Assembly (NCBI GenBank): GCA_004431415.1
Contig: QPMI01000496.1
Span: forward strand, 248,001 to 312,000
DNA from: Cyanophora paradoxa CCMP329
Lineage: Eukaryota; Plantae; Glaucophyta
Length of the DNA: 64,000 bases
Direction: 5' to 3'
Below, piece by piece: positions 12,786-26,955 of the stretch. Within the stretch, counting starts at the first letter, position 1. Every line of letters begins with the position of its first letter. Below the pieces are notes generated by a model. That model made no database searches. It saw nothing but the letters and a program-made list of their open reading frames with translations, and was not told the DNA's origin. The position numbers were made by a program, and so were the translations under genes.

Positions 12786-15700
12786 ATGGCGGCCGATCTC
12801 AGTGTCGAAGCCAACGCGCGCTCCGCTTGCGCAGGATTCCTTCGCCGCTGGTGCAAGGTCTTTATGAAGAATGTGGACAGCCATCAGATCGATCTGGCTT
12901 TCCTTCGCGGCGGTCCGCTCGCCGCACGCTTCGTTTCCACGTCTCCCGAGTGCGCTTCGCAGACAAGTCGCTCCACGAGGTCGAGCTCATCCCGGAATGC
13001 GTCGAAGAGTGCGCGAGCGCGATTTCTAGGCATTTCCGAGTGGTCTAGTACGTAGCTAAGCACGACGCGCACAGATTCGTCAACCTTCCGCAATTCCGCG
13101 GTGCGCTTCGGCCCCTTCGTGGGCCGCTCGTGCCGCTTGCGCCGACGCCGTCCGTAGTGCTGCACGCGAAGTGCACGCGCATCAGCATCGACATTCCCTG
13201 GACTTCCATAACTTCCAAGCCCGTGCGCTGGCGGCCCGCCCTGCCCTCGCCGAGCGACGGCAGCGAGCCGCGCGCGCGCGCCCTCAGATCGTGCTGGCAA
13301 TCGATCACATGCACGTGCACGTGGCGGAGCCGCAGGAGATGCAGCCCGTACCCGACGTGATGGCGAAGGCGTTCTCCGGGTGCGCGCCCCGCCCCCGCCC
13401 GCCCGCAGCTAGCTCAGCTTGAAGCTCGGCCGCGCAGCAAGACAGCAGTAACGATGGAGGACTACCTGAAGAAGCGCAAGACGGGGTTCCACGTCAAGAT
13501 CCAGGAGAACGTCCACGTGCAGATAGCCGACATGCAGGCGCGCACGCGCGGCTCGGGCAGCGCGGCACGCTCCTGCTGACCCGGGGTGCGCAGATCTCCG
13601 TCGAGATGCTGCCGCTGACGCTGGGCGTGCCGGCACCCATCCTCCACATCGCCATCGATCGGGTCCTCACGTACACGACGGACCCGCAGTGGGAGGCGCG
13701 CCGCCGTACCCCCCTCCCGCCTGTGCGCCCCTCTCAACCGTACCCCGGCAGGTCGCCGACATCGATAAGACGGTCCGGCCGTCCGGGTCCACTCCACCCC
13801 CGCCCCACCGCGCCGCTGAGATCCCGTACCCCCGCAGTACCTCAAGGATCCCATATCGAAGGAGAAGTTTCACCATAGGCGCGCCGTACCCCTTACACCG
13901 CTCTCTCCGCGTCCCGCTTGGCGACCCGTACCCCCGCAGGAAGAACCTGCTGGAGAAGATGACCCTGAGCCTGATCCCCGAGCGGGGCCAGCGCTTCGTT
14001 CTGGTCCAGAACCTCCCTGTCACCGTAAAGGTGATCCGCCCGGACCCGAACCCGGGCCCGAGCCGCCCCGAGCCCGGCGCAGATGGTCAAGACGATCGAC
14101 ATCAACACGGGCCGCTCCAAAGCCTTCACGACGGTGCGGCCGCTGTACCCCCTTCCCCGTCCTTTCCTCCCCCCAGCCCGCCCACGCGCTCGGCCGGGTG
14201 CAGGGCGTCTGGCTGGGTAGCATCGAGTCGACCCTGACGCACGACGAGTGGGGCCACTTCTTCCACTTCAGCACGGCCCTCGCGCGCTGCTTCCTGCGGC
14301 CCATGCCCAAGCGCAACCCCCAGCCCGACCTCTCCGGCGTCCTCGCCCTCTCCGCCCAGGGCCGCCGCTCGTGCGCTCTCGTACCCCGACGTTTCCCCTC
14401 CCTCCCCCACATTCTGACCCGCTCCGGCAGGAGTTCTGCGAAGCGGACTCAGTGGGACAAGCTAAAGGGGAAGCTGGGCCACAAGAAGCATTCGACGCAC
14501 GACATCCGCCATACCCCCGAGGCGCGCCGCCGCGCTCGTATCCCCCTCCGCGCCCGGAGCCAACGCGTACCGAACCCAGGGCCACCTGGAGTACGTGGTC
14601 GACCCGCAGACGGCCGCCGCGAGCTCCCGCCCCTCCTCAGGCGACTCAGATTCCTCCTCGGTACCCCCCTCTGCCTTGAAATCGCGTACCCCTCCCCCAC
14701 GCCGACCCGCTCGCGCCCGCGCAGGACGACGAGGGCTCGTCCCAAAGGGTGCGGCCACTCCCCCCGCTCTGTCCTCCGTACCCCCGTCCAATTGGCGCAC
14801 GACCCCAGGGCCCCGAGGAGGAGGAGGATGAGATCCGGCAGATGGATCCGCACCCCTCCAAGGGTGCCGCGCCGCTGCACCCTCTCCCTCCCCCTTCCTT
14901 CCCTTGCTGAGGGCCGCCCAGGCTCGCCCCGCATCGTGAGTAGCATCGTGATCGACGCGTGGGCCGTCCGCATCCGCCGCCGGTGCGCTCCCCTTTCTCC
15001 GCCCCTTTCTCAGAGCCCTCGCTCCTCCCTCTCCTCCTGACGCCCCCCTCTCCCCCTGGCAGGGACGTGCCGGCGGCGGCGCCCTCGTCGGAGCTGGACG
15101 CCGAGTTCGCGGCGGCCGGCTTCCGGCACGCCCCCGCCTGCCTCTTCGCCGGCCGTGGCTTTCGCCTCGACGCCGAGATGGTCAGCTGCAGGCCGAGGAG
15201 AAAGAGCAGCGCGGACGGCGATCCCGAGCGCTCGCTGACCGCCCCGCCCGCAGGAGCCCACGGGCGTGTACGCCGCCATGTTCCAGTCCCCCACCACCTC
15301 CTCCCGCAGGCGCGTACCCCCCCTCCTCGTTCGCGGCGCGGCTTAACGGGCGGCCCGCAGCCTGGCGCACCTGCGCGGGAGCGCCCGCCCGACCCCGCGG
15401 GCCTCGGTCTCCGGGGCGGCGCCGTCCCCCGTGCCCTCCCCCTCGGCCTACTTCTCGTACCCCTCGCCCTCCCCGCGGACGGGCTCGGGCTCGGGCTCCG
15501 GGTCGGGCGGCGGCGGCGGCGGCGGCGGCGTGCTGGACCCCTTCACGGCGCCCGTCGCGCGGGTCGGCTCGGGGGCCTCCAGCCGCCCCTCCCACCGCCG
15601 CTCCCGCTCCGGCTCCTCCTCCGCCTCCGCCACCTCCGAGGAGTCCGGCGGCTCCCGGCCCGGTACCCCCGAGACGTCCTTCTACGGGGGGTACGGCCCC

Positions 15701-18700
15701 GGGGGCGCCCCCGGCTCCAAGATCCGGGCCCTGGCGGTGGAGCTCGCGATCGACGAGTGCTGCATGGACCTTCTGCCCATGTACGCCAACGAGGCTCCGG
15801 TCTGTCGCTTTGCCGTACCCCTCTTCCCCTCCCTCTTTTGAGGGGGCGCTTACCCCGCTTCCCTTCGTTCGCTCCGCTTCGCAGAGCCGCCTGTTCCAGC
15901 CCCTCCGCTCCCGCCCGAACTCCTACCCCTTCCTACGCGTCACCTTCCACAACTCCTCCAAGGTCCTCTTCCCTTTTTCAAGTCCACCCCCTCTTTCCAA
16001 AACCTGAGCCGTGTCACCCTCTCAGATGAGCCAGTGGGGGCCCGTTCGCGACGTCTCCGTCCACCTCGCCCATCTCCAGGTACCCCCTCCCGCGTCCTTC
16101 AGGTATCCGGCGCCGCCATGATTCGAACCCGCACCCCAGGTCTTCGGCGACCCCCGCGCGTGGCTCACCGTCGGCGAGCTGCTTTCGGAGACCGTACCCC
16201 CCGAAGTCCTGCCCTCCCACCGCCCGCACGGTACCCCCGCCTTCCCATCCCCTCTCTCCACGCAGGCTCTGAACGACTCCTCCCCCCTCCCCGCAGACCC
16301 CCTTGAAATGCTCAAGAGCGCGACCCCGCCGCCGCCCGTCCCCTCGCCCAACCGCCCGCCCCGCCCCAGCACATCGTGCGCACCCCCCTTCCCCCGGACC
16401 CTCCGCCTGCACGCCTCACGCCGCGCAGCCCCTTCGTCTCGTTCTTCACGGGGGGCTCCTCCTCCACTCGCCCCGCTACCCCCGAGGCGCCCCCTCCCCC
16501 CGACCCCCACGCACCGAAGCCCGCACGCTACGCAATACACGTATCCCCCGTCGTCCTCGTCCTGCCCCAGTGCGCCGTACCCCCGAACCCGCGCCCCCCT
16601 CCTGAGCCCTCGCACCAGGTCCACCCCCCCGTCCTCCCCCGGTATCCATCTCGAGGCAAGCTCGCCGCGCCCGCCCCGCCCCGCCCGGCGCCGATCGCGC
16701 GGAATTCGATCCCCGGGGGTACAGGTCTCCGCCGAGCGGCTCCTCGTCGAGTACGTCGTCCTGGACGTCCACAAGGGCCCCTCCGAATTCCCGTGCGCGG
16801 ATTCGATCCCGGGATGCATGCGGCGCCCGTGGTGATCCTGTACCCCCCTCTTTGCAGGTACGAGTACTTCAACGCCAGCGTGTTCGCGGCGGGCGGGGTA
16901 CCCGAGCAGGGGGGCCGGCCCCGCGAGGGAGCTTTCTTTTCGACGGCCGTACCCCTCGTCCCCGAGGTGCGGGGCCGCGTGGGGGCTAGAGTGTTAGGGT
17001 AAACTGAGTGCCCGGCGCTGCAGGGTTTCCCGGAGCCCGACTGCTCCTCCTTCCGGGTACGAAGCGAGCGAGCGCGCCGCGTACCCCGCCGGTTATTGGG
17101 GCCTCACCACTCGCGGGCGGCAGTTCCGGGCCTGGGGCGTCGGGGCCCTCGTGACTCACGGGCCCGAATCGTCCCCCGCCATCAGCGGGCGCCACTCCGC
17201 ACCCGAAATTCACGTCGAGGTACCCCCCTTTCCTTTTTCTTTGTGGTCTGCCTGTAATCGAGCCCTCTGCAGGCGATTCTGCGCGACTGGACGCGTACCC
17301 CTGTCCCCGCCGGCCCTGAGCGCCACGCGCACAACCAGGCGAGCACGTAGCCCCCCTCCCGCCCCCGTCTCAGAAGCGAACGCCGTACCCCGCCAGGTGC
17401 ACGTGTACCTGTCCGACATGGCGCTCGAGATGCCCCTGCCCCACTTCGCCGCCGTGCGCCTGTACCCCCCTCGCTTCCGTCCTTTCCCCGCGCCGACCGA
17501 GCGCCGCCCAGGCGCTGGACGTCGTACCCATGTACCTCCACCTTCTCTCGACGGGGACGGCGTTCGCGCGGGCGCGGCTCCTGCCTCGCTTCCTCGCGCC
17601 GCCGCAAGCCGCGCTGCACGGCGGCGAGCACCTCGGGACGATCGTGGAGGAGCGGGAGGGGGCGGGGGGCCAGGGCGGGGGCGGCGCGCGGGGCCCGGGC
17701 CCGGCGGCGGGGGCGCACGGGCGGCCGCACGGGCACCACGGGCCCCACCGGCACGGCTGGACGGCCCGCGAGAGCGTCGAGAAGTGGCTCTCCCAGGTCC
17801 GGGGTACCCTGTTTTTTCAAGATTCGATCCCTGAGGCGGGCGCCGCGCGGCAGCTCAAGTTCGGGCTGGAGAGCATCGGGCGCGACAAGGAGCGGGGCGC
17901 CGCCTCGCGGACCCCGCCGCCCCCCGCCGCGCCCCCGACCGTCAAGCGGCGGCGGCCCCCGCTGGCCGACTCGATGCAGGCGAGCGAGCGAGCGGGCGTA
18001 CCCCCGCCGTCCTCCCCCCCCCCCCCCACCTTAACGAGGCGCGCGTACCCCCAGGTCGCCTTCTACGCGCGGCGGGTGCAGCTGGAGGTCATGTGCCCCT
18101 CCGTCGAGGACCCGGGAGCGTCTTCCTCCTCCGGCCCCGGCCGGCCCCCGAGGTGCCCCGCGCATGTACCCCGTTTTCTTCCGCTCTGACCGCCCCGCAG
18201 CCCCCAGGGCCTGCGCCGCGCCGGCTCGATCGCCCCGGGGGGCTTCCCCCAGTCCGCCCTCTTCTCCTTCGCCCCCCTGGAGGCCCGCGTACCCCTTCCC
18301 CGCGCCTCCCAGCCTCCCTGACCCTGTCTCAGGTGCGGTTCGAATCCGAGAAGGGACAGGGCAAGCTCCTGCGGGCCGCCGCCCGCCAGGCCGAGGTACC
18401 CCCATTCGCCTTCCCCCCACGAAGTCCGAAAGCGGACCGCTGAGGAGTCGAGCAGGCGTCTCTGGACGCGCGGGCGAGGGACGATCTCCTGCCGGAGAGC
18501 CCCTCCCACTCCTACGCGCTGGACCTGACCTACCGGTGCCAGTGTACCCCCATCCCAGGGCCGCGCCGGGGCCGACGGGCAGCCCCGCAGCGTCAAGCCT
18601 CCCTCCGGGCAGCCCCTGTCGCCCATGTCTCCGGGCCCCTCCCCCGCCCGCGCCGGCGCCCGCGCCGAACGCGCCCTTCAGGCCCGCCCCCTACCCCCTA

Positions 18701-20707
18701 TAATCCCCCATCCCTCCCTAGCTGACGGCGTACCCCCAGGCCCTCTTCTCGCGCATCATCGTCCACTACCATCCCCGCATCCTCGCCCAGCTCCAGGCGC
18801 GCCGTACCCCCTTTTGAAACGGAATCTGCGCCGTACCCCTCTGAAGGAACCGCGATACCCCCCGCAGACCGCCCTCCGGTGCTGGAAATCGCGCCCCACC
18901 CTCCCCCACCTCAAGCACAAGGGCACCGGCCTCGGCGAGCCCCGTACCTCTGCCCAGAATGCTCCGCACGCCCCTCCCTGACCGGGGTACGCCCGCAGAC
19001 TTCGACGTGGACGTGGCCGTGTCGGAGTGCGACGTCGTGTGGTACGAGGAGGTGCCGGTACCCCCGCCGCCCCCAGGCCACCCCGCGCCCCTCGAGCGCC
19101 GCCGCATCACGGTCCACCTCCCGGGTACCCCGTCTTTCCTTCTTCTGGCGTCGTACCTCCGCTCAGCGGCCGGGTACCCCGCTCAGGCCTCGTGCACCGC
19201 GCGCGGGGGGAGAGCCACTCGGTCGTCACCGTCGTCGCCTCTGCCTTCGACGTGCGCGCAGCCGTACCCCCCGTCCTTCCATCCCCCTTACCCCCCGCCC
19301 CCCCCCCCCCCCCCAGGACCTCGCCTCGAGTCGGGGGAGCGCGCGGGGCGAGGAGGGGGACGGAGTTGCGGGGGACCTGCTGAGGCGGCTGGGCCGCGCC
19401 CTCTCCGGCCGCCGGAACTCCATCGCCGGCGCGCCCGCCCCTCGCCCCGCCCTCCCTCCTCTTTCTTCTCACGCCGCCCCGCAGAGATACCGGCGCCGCC
19501 GACGCCGCGGGCGGCGCCCTTTACCGTGGCGCCCGGGACGCCCAGGGCCCTCGCGGCTTCCGGCGGGGCTCCGCCGCCGCAGCAGCTGCTGCAGCAGCAG
19601 CGCCCGCCCGAGTCGCCTGGCGCCGGCGCGCTCGCCGACCCGTCCGGGGAGCTCAGCAGGGCGCGCCCAGCCGCCCCCTCCCACCCTCCACCCCCCCTCC
19701 CCTTTCCTCACGCACCCTCAGCTGCGTGCGGAGGCGGCGCGGGCGCGGGCGGACAAGCAGGAGTACTTCAAGCGTCTCGCCTACGCAGAATCCGAGCTCA
19801 ACAAGGTGCCGAACGCCCGTACCCCCCTGTCGCTTGCCCCCCCCCGGCAACGCCCGCCCAATCGAGCCGTACCCCGGCAGACGCGGGCGGAGCTGGACGC
19901 GATGCGCGCCGACCGCGACGAGGCCTTCCACCGCATCGCCGACGCTCAGGCGCGCGCGGCGGTGTACACCCCGCCCTTTCACTTCCCGTCTAACGTACCC
20001 CCCTCAGCTGGCGCTGGATGCGCTGCTGCAGGAGTCGCGGGGGGATACCAGCGGACTCCTGGAGCTGCGATCCCGCCTGACGCCCCTTGCCCGCCGTATC
20101 ATCACCGGCGGCGTCGGCGGCGGCGGCGGCGGCGGCGGCGCGTCGGCCCGCAAGCGTGCGTGCCGCTGAGCGGCCGGCCGCTGCCCCGGCCGCTCCCGCC
20201 CTCACACGTCCGCCCCGCAGCGCCCTCGCCGGTGATCTACGCGTCGGGCGTGGGGGGCGCCGGGCCGGCGTCGGAGCAGTCCCCGGCCGACTCACCCGCC
20301 TCGTCCCTGCGCGTCCTACCCTCTCCCAGCGCCTTCGGTCCCGCCCGCGGTGCACCCGGCCGCGTCCTCGGCATGGCCGGCAGCGCCTCCAACAGCGGAG
20401 GGTCCACCCCCCGCGGGCAGCACAGCGGTCGGGGTATAGGTGCGCACCCGCCCTTTCCCCTCTTCCAGCACCCCCCGTGACGCCACGGCGCCGGTGCAGA
20501 TTTGGACGGTCTCGACGGGGTGCACCGCGTCTCCCTCCCCCGCAGGAGCCTCCAGGTATGCCCTGTACCTGTACCCCCTCCTTGCCGCGCCTGTACCCCC
20601 GCCCCGCCCTGAGCCCGGCGCAGCCCGGAGGCACGCCGGAGCCCGTCCCGCGGGGGAGCATGTCGTTCTGGAGCCCCTCGCTCGGCACGCGCCCCTCCGA
20701 GTCCTAG
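12786..20707 (+). CDS. Chorein-N (VPS13/UHRF1BP1-BLTP3-like) bridge-like lipid transfer protein with C-terminal coiled coil; multi-exon, end approximate
   Basis: Spliced N-terminus GFLRRWCKVFMKNVDSHQIDLAFLRG...LHEVELIPE...LHAKCTRISIDIPWTSITSKP...IVLAIDHMHVHV fits the chorein-N pattern. Beta-rich exons follow, then coiled-coil exons (DKQEYFKRLAYAESELNK). Confidence 0.7.
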
Positions 20708-21387
20708 AGGCGCTCGCGGGGCACGGGGCCGGGCAAACGCAGTGGACATAGATAGAAAACTGCCAGGCTGGCGGCGGCCGGCACGTGCACGTCCCGTGAA
20801 GCGCGCCCCGAGTCCCGACGCGACGGGCTCGGGATCGACGCTCCAGTCGCATCGTATTCGCTAGTGCCTTCCTCTCATGATCATCGTATTCGCTATTGCT
20901 AGAATCTATTGGGATTGTGTGTATCCCCGAACTCGAAACCGTATTTGCGCGCGCCGAGGAAACGGCCGCAATTATAGCGAGCGGGGCAGCGGCGTGGAGG
21001 GGCCGGGGGCCCGGAGGGAGAGAGAAAGGGAGGGGGAGGGGGGGTAAAGGAAAGGAGGAAGAGTCCTAAGCTTGCGGGGAGGGGACAAGTTCGTGTGGAG
21101 CGGGGCCGGGGCCGGGGCTTCCCATCGATATAAAACTACGTATACATTCCTACATTCTCGAACTCCGATCGCGACTCGGCGAGCCGTACTTGCGCGCATG
21201 CGCGCGCTGTTTCGAATTCGTCTGGTTCAATGGTTCTACGCTGCTCGGCTAAGGAGCCCGCACTGCAGCTCAGTATATATGCACAGAGTCTGGGGGTCTA
21301 CGATGGCTGCCCGAGCTCAAGCTCGAGGGGGCGGGTCGACGCGGAGGCCCCCCGAAGTTCTGGGGAGGGGAGGGGAGGGGACGGGGC

Positions 21388-23580
21388 CTAGGGCAGGAAG
21401 GCCCCGCGGACGGAGCGCCGCTGGTCGATGGGGGCGCGGCACGAGGGGCACGAGGCGGGCCGCGGGGCGGCCGAGCTCGAGCCGGCCTGCTGCGGCCGGG
21501 GGCGCCCGGCCGCGAGGATCGAGTCGTAGCAGCCGTCGCAGACGGTCATGTGGCGGCAGGGCAGCAGCAGGACGGAGGGCGGGCGCTCGGTGCAGACCAC
21601 GCACAGCGTCTCCCCTGTGGTCGTCGCTGACGTCGACGTTGACGCCGGCGCCGGCGCCCCCAGCCGCAGCTGCTCCGCGCGCTCGGCCTCCGCGCGGCGC
21701 TCGCGGGCCGCCGTCGCCTCCGCCACGCGGGCCGCGACGAGGGCGGCCGCGAGGGCCCCGCCCCCTCCGCCAGGCGCCCCTGCGCCGCCTCGAGCTCCCC
21801 GCCGAGAGGCCGGCCAGGGCGGCCGCCGTGACGGGCACGCTCCCCGCCAGGCGCCCCTGCAGCTCCGCCACCCGCGCCGCCAGCGCCGCCGTCTGCGGCC
21901 GGGGCGACTTAGCGCGGTTTCGCTGGCCTGAGTGCCGATAGACCGAAAGCCGCACGTCTCGAGCTCCGAAAGCAGTCCCGAGCGCCGCCACCCGCGCCCC
22001 TTCAGCGGCCGCCGCCCGCGCGTCGGCCGCAGCCGCCCGCGCCTCGGCGGCCTCCGCCCGCTGAAGCAGCTCCGCGTCCCGCTCCACCGCCTGGCGAAGG
22101 TGTGGGCACGAGGGCGGGGCGTGGACAGCCGGTCCGGGACTCAGTGTTACCTCGGCAAGGGCAGCTGCGCACGCGAGGGCCTCCCCGCGCGCCGCCTCCG
22201 CGCGCGCCTCCGCCCCCGCCTCCACCTCAGCCAGCCGCCCCCGCGCCGCCTCCGCCTCCGCGCGCGCCGCCTCCAGGAGCCCTCCCAGCCTCTCCAGCTC
22301 CCCCGCGCCTCCAGCCCCTCCGCCAGCCGCTCCTCCCGCGCCTTGGCCGCCTCCGCGCGCGCCGCCTCCGCCGCGCCCTGCGCCTCGGCGAGCTGCCGCC
22401 GGAGCCGCCCGGCCTCCCTCTCGGCCTCCTGCTTCGCCGCCCCGACGGCCTCCTCCTGCTGCCTCCGCGCCCTCGCCGCCTCCTCGCGCGCCCGCGCGGC
22501 CTCCTTCCGCAGCCTCGCGGCCTCCCCCTGCGCCCTGCTGGCCTCCCCCTGCGCCTCGGACAGCTTCTCCCGCGCCGCGCGCGCCTCCTCCGAGGCTTCG
22601 GAGAGCTTCGTCTTCGCCGCGTCCGCCTCCCGCCGCGCCGCCTCCGCCTCCTGCTGCGCTGCGTGTGCGGCGATGACCAACTCCGCCCTCTGCATTGCCG
22701 CCATCGCCTCGCGCTTCGCAGCCTCCGCCTCGCGATTCGCCGCCCCCGCCTCCTCCTCCTGCGCTTTCAAATTCGCCTCCGCAACTTTCCTCAGAAATTC
22801 GGCCGTGGAGATATCGTTGGAGCTTGAGCCCTGCGCATGCATATGCAGTAATTATAAATGCATTATTAATATTCATTCATATATGTATATATATGTCGAC
22901 GAGAGCAAAAGAGGCGGGCGAACGCTGATGTCCACTCGGGAGCGACACAGTTGGCGTAAGGCATTGCTGACTCCGGCCAAGTAGCTGCGCTGCAAATTAA
23001 ATTGCAATTGGACCACATGCATGCGTGCACGTGGATCATGTATATATGCGCATGCGGACGCACCTGACTGCAAATAATAAAATTGCAGCGACCAGCCACA
23101 GCACTGTCCGCGTATGTGCGTAGAAAACGTACACAGCGGCGCCGGCCATGAGCAGCCTCAGCACTGTGCTCGTCATTGCCAATGCATGTAGCCAGCTGCA
23201 AAGAGTACACGAGCAGCGGCCACCGCGCCGGCCAGCTCGAGCTCTTGCGATCGCTTTCTCCGGATCCATCTGCATTGAATATATTCGAAATCAGTGAGAG
23301 GGAAACATCGATATCTGCACCGAGGCAAGAAATATTGAGAATGATTTATTATTGCAATTTAAACTTCACGAACTGTTTCCAGTGTCTCGTGAAGTCCAAG
23401 GTGGAAGCTGCGCAGGCCGTCACGCGATCGCGCGCGAGCCCACCAAATCATCATTAACAAATTGCAATTCAATATGTACCCGACTACACACAGCAAAAAT
23501 GCAGCGGCGCCGGCGCCAACCATGAAGCCATGGCCATGCATATGTAGCCAGGCAATATACGCAGCAGCGGCGCAGGCCAT
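21388..23580 (-). CDS. Membrane-anchored coiled-coil protein with C-terminal C3HC4 RING finger (putative E3 ligase); start approximate
   Basis: CVVCTERPPSVLLLPCRHMTVCDGCY...CPSCRAPI in ORF 21388..21726; Ala/Glu/Arg coiled coil in 22147..22842; hydrophobic upstream exons at 23036..23580. Confidence 0.75.
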
Positions 23581-24130
23581 GGCTGGCAACAGCGCTGTGC
23601 GCTGCCTCCATGGCTGCGGCGCCGTACGCGTTCACGTTTGCGGCGAAATCGATCGCGATGGTGCGCATGCATATGCGGCGGCCGCGCGCACCACGCTCCC
23701 CGCGCCGCGACCGCACGCGCTCTCTCTACCTGGAACATCCATCTCCTGCTTGCGTTTTCGTTGCAATTGATTCGCGCCGCTCGCGCCAAGCGCGAGATCG
23801 CTCGAGCTCTGGATCGCCGTTCGCTCGACGCGCGGTCGTTCGCTCGCTGGCTTCGTTGGCTCGCACTGGCGCTCGTGCAAGCGCTTTATCGATATCTAGC
23901 CACGCGAGGGCCAAGATCATAATCGCTGCAAGGCTGCGAGTTTCCAGAATCGTGTACCCGGGCTGACGATCAGCTTGCACTGACCAGCGCGGTCCAGCGC
24001 TCCGCCTGGCAGGCCGCGTGCCGAGCCATCGAGTCTGCAGTAGGCCAGCCGGGCGCCGGTGGTCGGGGCAATTAGCGACCGGACGAATCGTGCGCAAGCT
24101 TCAGAGCACCGTAGGGTTTGGCCCGGCCTC

Positions 24131-26915
24131 ATGGAGAGGCGCTGGGCGCCTCTGCTGCGGTCGGCGACGCTCCTGCTCGTGCTGGTACATCAGGCACACG
24201 CGAAGTACTGGGACATCGACCTCCCCACGGACGCGTGCTGGATCAGAAAAAGCTTCTTCTTCGACAAGGGCGGCAAACTCATCATCGAAGCAAGTGCGCG
24301 CCGCGGCGTCGCGCCCCATCTAGAGCGAGCTCGTCTCTCGCATCTGTGAACCGGCCTGGCGCTCATTCGGCATGTCCCCGCCTGCAGACATCGATGGGAT
24401 CACTCCCAGCCGCCAGTCAACGGTGTATTTGTGCCCGGCGTCCGTGTCGGGACAGTGGGAGCTGTGCACGAGCCGTGCGCTGCGCCGAGCGAAATTTCGC
24501 CTCGAGCTCGCCCGCCGCCGCCGCGGCTCATCGGCAGCCGCTCCGCAGCAACTGCGGACCTGCGGTCGTCGGCCTGCCGATCCCTGGAGCTCACGTCGAC
24601 GGGCACAGTGCGGGCCGAGTTTCCTGCCACGCGCGCGCAGCAGTACCATGGCGGCGCCAGTGCGCGGCGCCCCTCGCACGCCGCCACCTTCCCCGCCGCA
24701 CGGCCTCGCCGACCGCCCCCTCGCAGCCTTCGTCAATGCGGTCGGCTTGAGCGGCCAGATCAAATTCACGTTCCTCCAGCCGGACGGGACCCACCTGGGT
24801 ACCGACGAGAAGCCCGTCCTCCGCGCCGCCATGGGGTACGCGTACCCGTCCGACCGAGACGGGATCTCTCTTTCGATCCTCGCGCCGACTCTCCGCCCGC
24901 GCGCAGCGTCGCCGTCACGTGGGGGATCATGGCTGCCTTCTGGCTCGCTGCCATGGCCTTCCACCGCTGGCAGAGGCGATCCCTTACCCCCCTCCAGAAG
25001 CTCATCACTCTCGTACCCCTCCTCAAGGCTCGCCGCCGCTTCTTCCGCGCCGAACCCGCTTTCCGCCCCGCTGAGGCCGTACCCTCCAGGTCGTCAACGT
25101 CGCGCTGTTCCTCACTGCGAAGCGGGCGGAAGACGCGGACGGCTCCCCCCCGGAGGCCCGCCCCCTCCCCCCCCCCTCCCCGATCAGATTGGCCTTTTTA
25201 ACCCGTACCCCCCGCAGGCTGTCTACATCCCCTACCTCGCCATCGTCGTCGTCTACCGTACCCTCCTTATCGCCACGGTCCGCCCCCCGAGGGTACCCGG
25301 GCCCTTCCCGCCCTTCCTGACGTCCCCCCGCACGCAGGTCCTCCTCATCGCGATCGGGTGGTGCGTCACGCGCGCCAGCGGATCCCTCACAGGTGCTGCG
25401 CCCCCCCTCCCCCTCCCCCCCCACCCTCCTCTACCCCCCTCTAACCCTCTTTTAAAAGGGAACGAGAAGGGGATCGTGGTGGGCCTCGCGCTCTTCCACG
25501 CCGCCTCCTCCCTCTTCGACTACCTCACCACCTACGTCGAGTCCCTCGCCGACTCCGGCTGGCCCCCCCGCGTCCGCCCCGCCCGCCCCCCTCCCCCCCC
25601 TCTCCTCTGAACTGCCCTCCAGGTGGCGATCTTCCTCGTGGCCTGGTCCTACGTCCTCGCCATGTGGGTCGCCGCCTTCCGCTACGCCCGCGTCAACGTC
25701 CGCGCCCTCCGCTACCAGTGCGAGCTCATACGGTACCCCTCCCCGGCACCCATCCCTCCGCCCCGCCGTACCCCCCCTCCACCCTACCGACGCCTGCCTG
25801 CGTACAGGGACGCGGGGATCGAGCCGACGAGCACGCCGGCCTTCGCGAAGCTCACCATGTTCCGCTACTTCTGGGTCTTCGTCGCCGGTGCGCGCACGTA
25901 CCCCCGCACGGAATCGCCCGTACCCCCTCCAACCGCGCGTACCCCCGGCCCCCCAGTGTACTCGATCTGGGACGTCTTCTCGAGCTGGGCCTCCCTCTCC
26001 CTGCCCGCCGAGATTAACCTCTGGGGCTCCTACCTCCTCCGCCAGGTAACCCCCCCCCCGCCCTAAGGCGCCGTACCCCTCCTCACGTACCCCCCCCCCA
26101 CGCAGATCCCCGAGGCGCTCCTGGGCCTGGGTATCGGGTGCGCCCCCCGCGGAAGTCGTACCCCCCTCCCCTGAGCCCCCCCCGCAGGGTGCTCTTCCGG
26201 CCGCGCGAGTTCAGCCCGTACACGATCCTCACGACGGACCTCTCCGGCAACGTCGCCGTGACCCAGGTTCGAACCCGGGGCGCCCCACTTTCGAGCCCGG
26301 CGCCGAGGCGGCCGGCGCAGATGGCGGGGCGCCCGCTGGGGATGGACCCGCAGGCGGCGCGGGAGCTGGCGCGGTGGACGCCCGGCATGCCCCTGCCCGA
26401 GCTGCCGGCCTCGGCCTTCGTGCCGGGGGCGCCGCCCCCGCAGTACGCAGGTTCCCTCGTCATCCAGAACCCGGGGGAGGAGCACGGCCAGTCCCTCGCC
26501 CTCGCCGTACCCTGCTCGCCCCCCGTCCCGGGGGGTACGCCCACCCCCTCCACCGACGCGGACGCGGAGAAGGCGCACACGCAGGCGCAGTGGGCCCGCG
26601 AGATGCGCCCCGTGCAGGCGCGTACCCCCCCGCCCCCCGCCCGCCTACCCTTATCGAGGCCCGCGCTCGCAGGGCCCTTCGTTCGCGGGGCCGGGGCCCT
26701 CGCGGCTGTACGACGAGGAGGACGTGGAGGAGGGGGAGGGGAGGGAGCCCGAGGCCCGGCCCCTCGCGCCGGCGCCGGCGGGGCCCTCGGGCGGGGCGGC
26801 CGGCCCCGCCCCCGCCCCGGGGCCCGCCCCCGGGAACGCCTCGTCGCCCCCCCAGAGGAGGCGGCGCGAGAACGAGGGGGAGGAGCTCTCCGAGCGCGAC
26901 TCGCTCGTCATATGA
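24131..26915 (+). CDS. GOST/TMEM87/GPR107-like seven-transmembrane protein with signal peptide and luminal domain
   Basis: Signal peptide MERRWAPLLRSATLLLVLVHQAHA; TM exons WGIMAAFWLAAMAF..LTPLQKLITLVPLLK, LLIAIGWCVTR, PAFAKLTMFRYF and LFRPREFSPY. Confidence 0.7.
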
Positions 26916-26924
26916 TGCGCCCGC

Positions 26925-26955
<31 letters not shown>

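Noticed and set aside
13538-20600. Introner-type mobile introns
   Set aside because: The introns share only short motifs (GCGCG, GTACCCC, C-runs), not extended identity or TIR/TSD structure.
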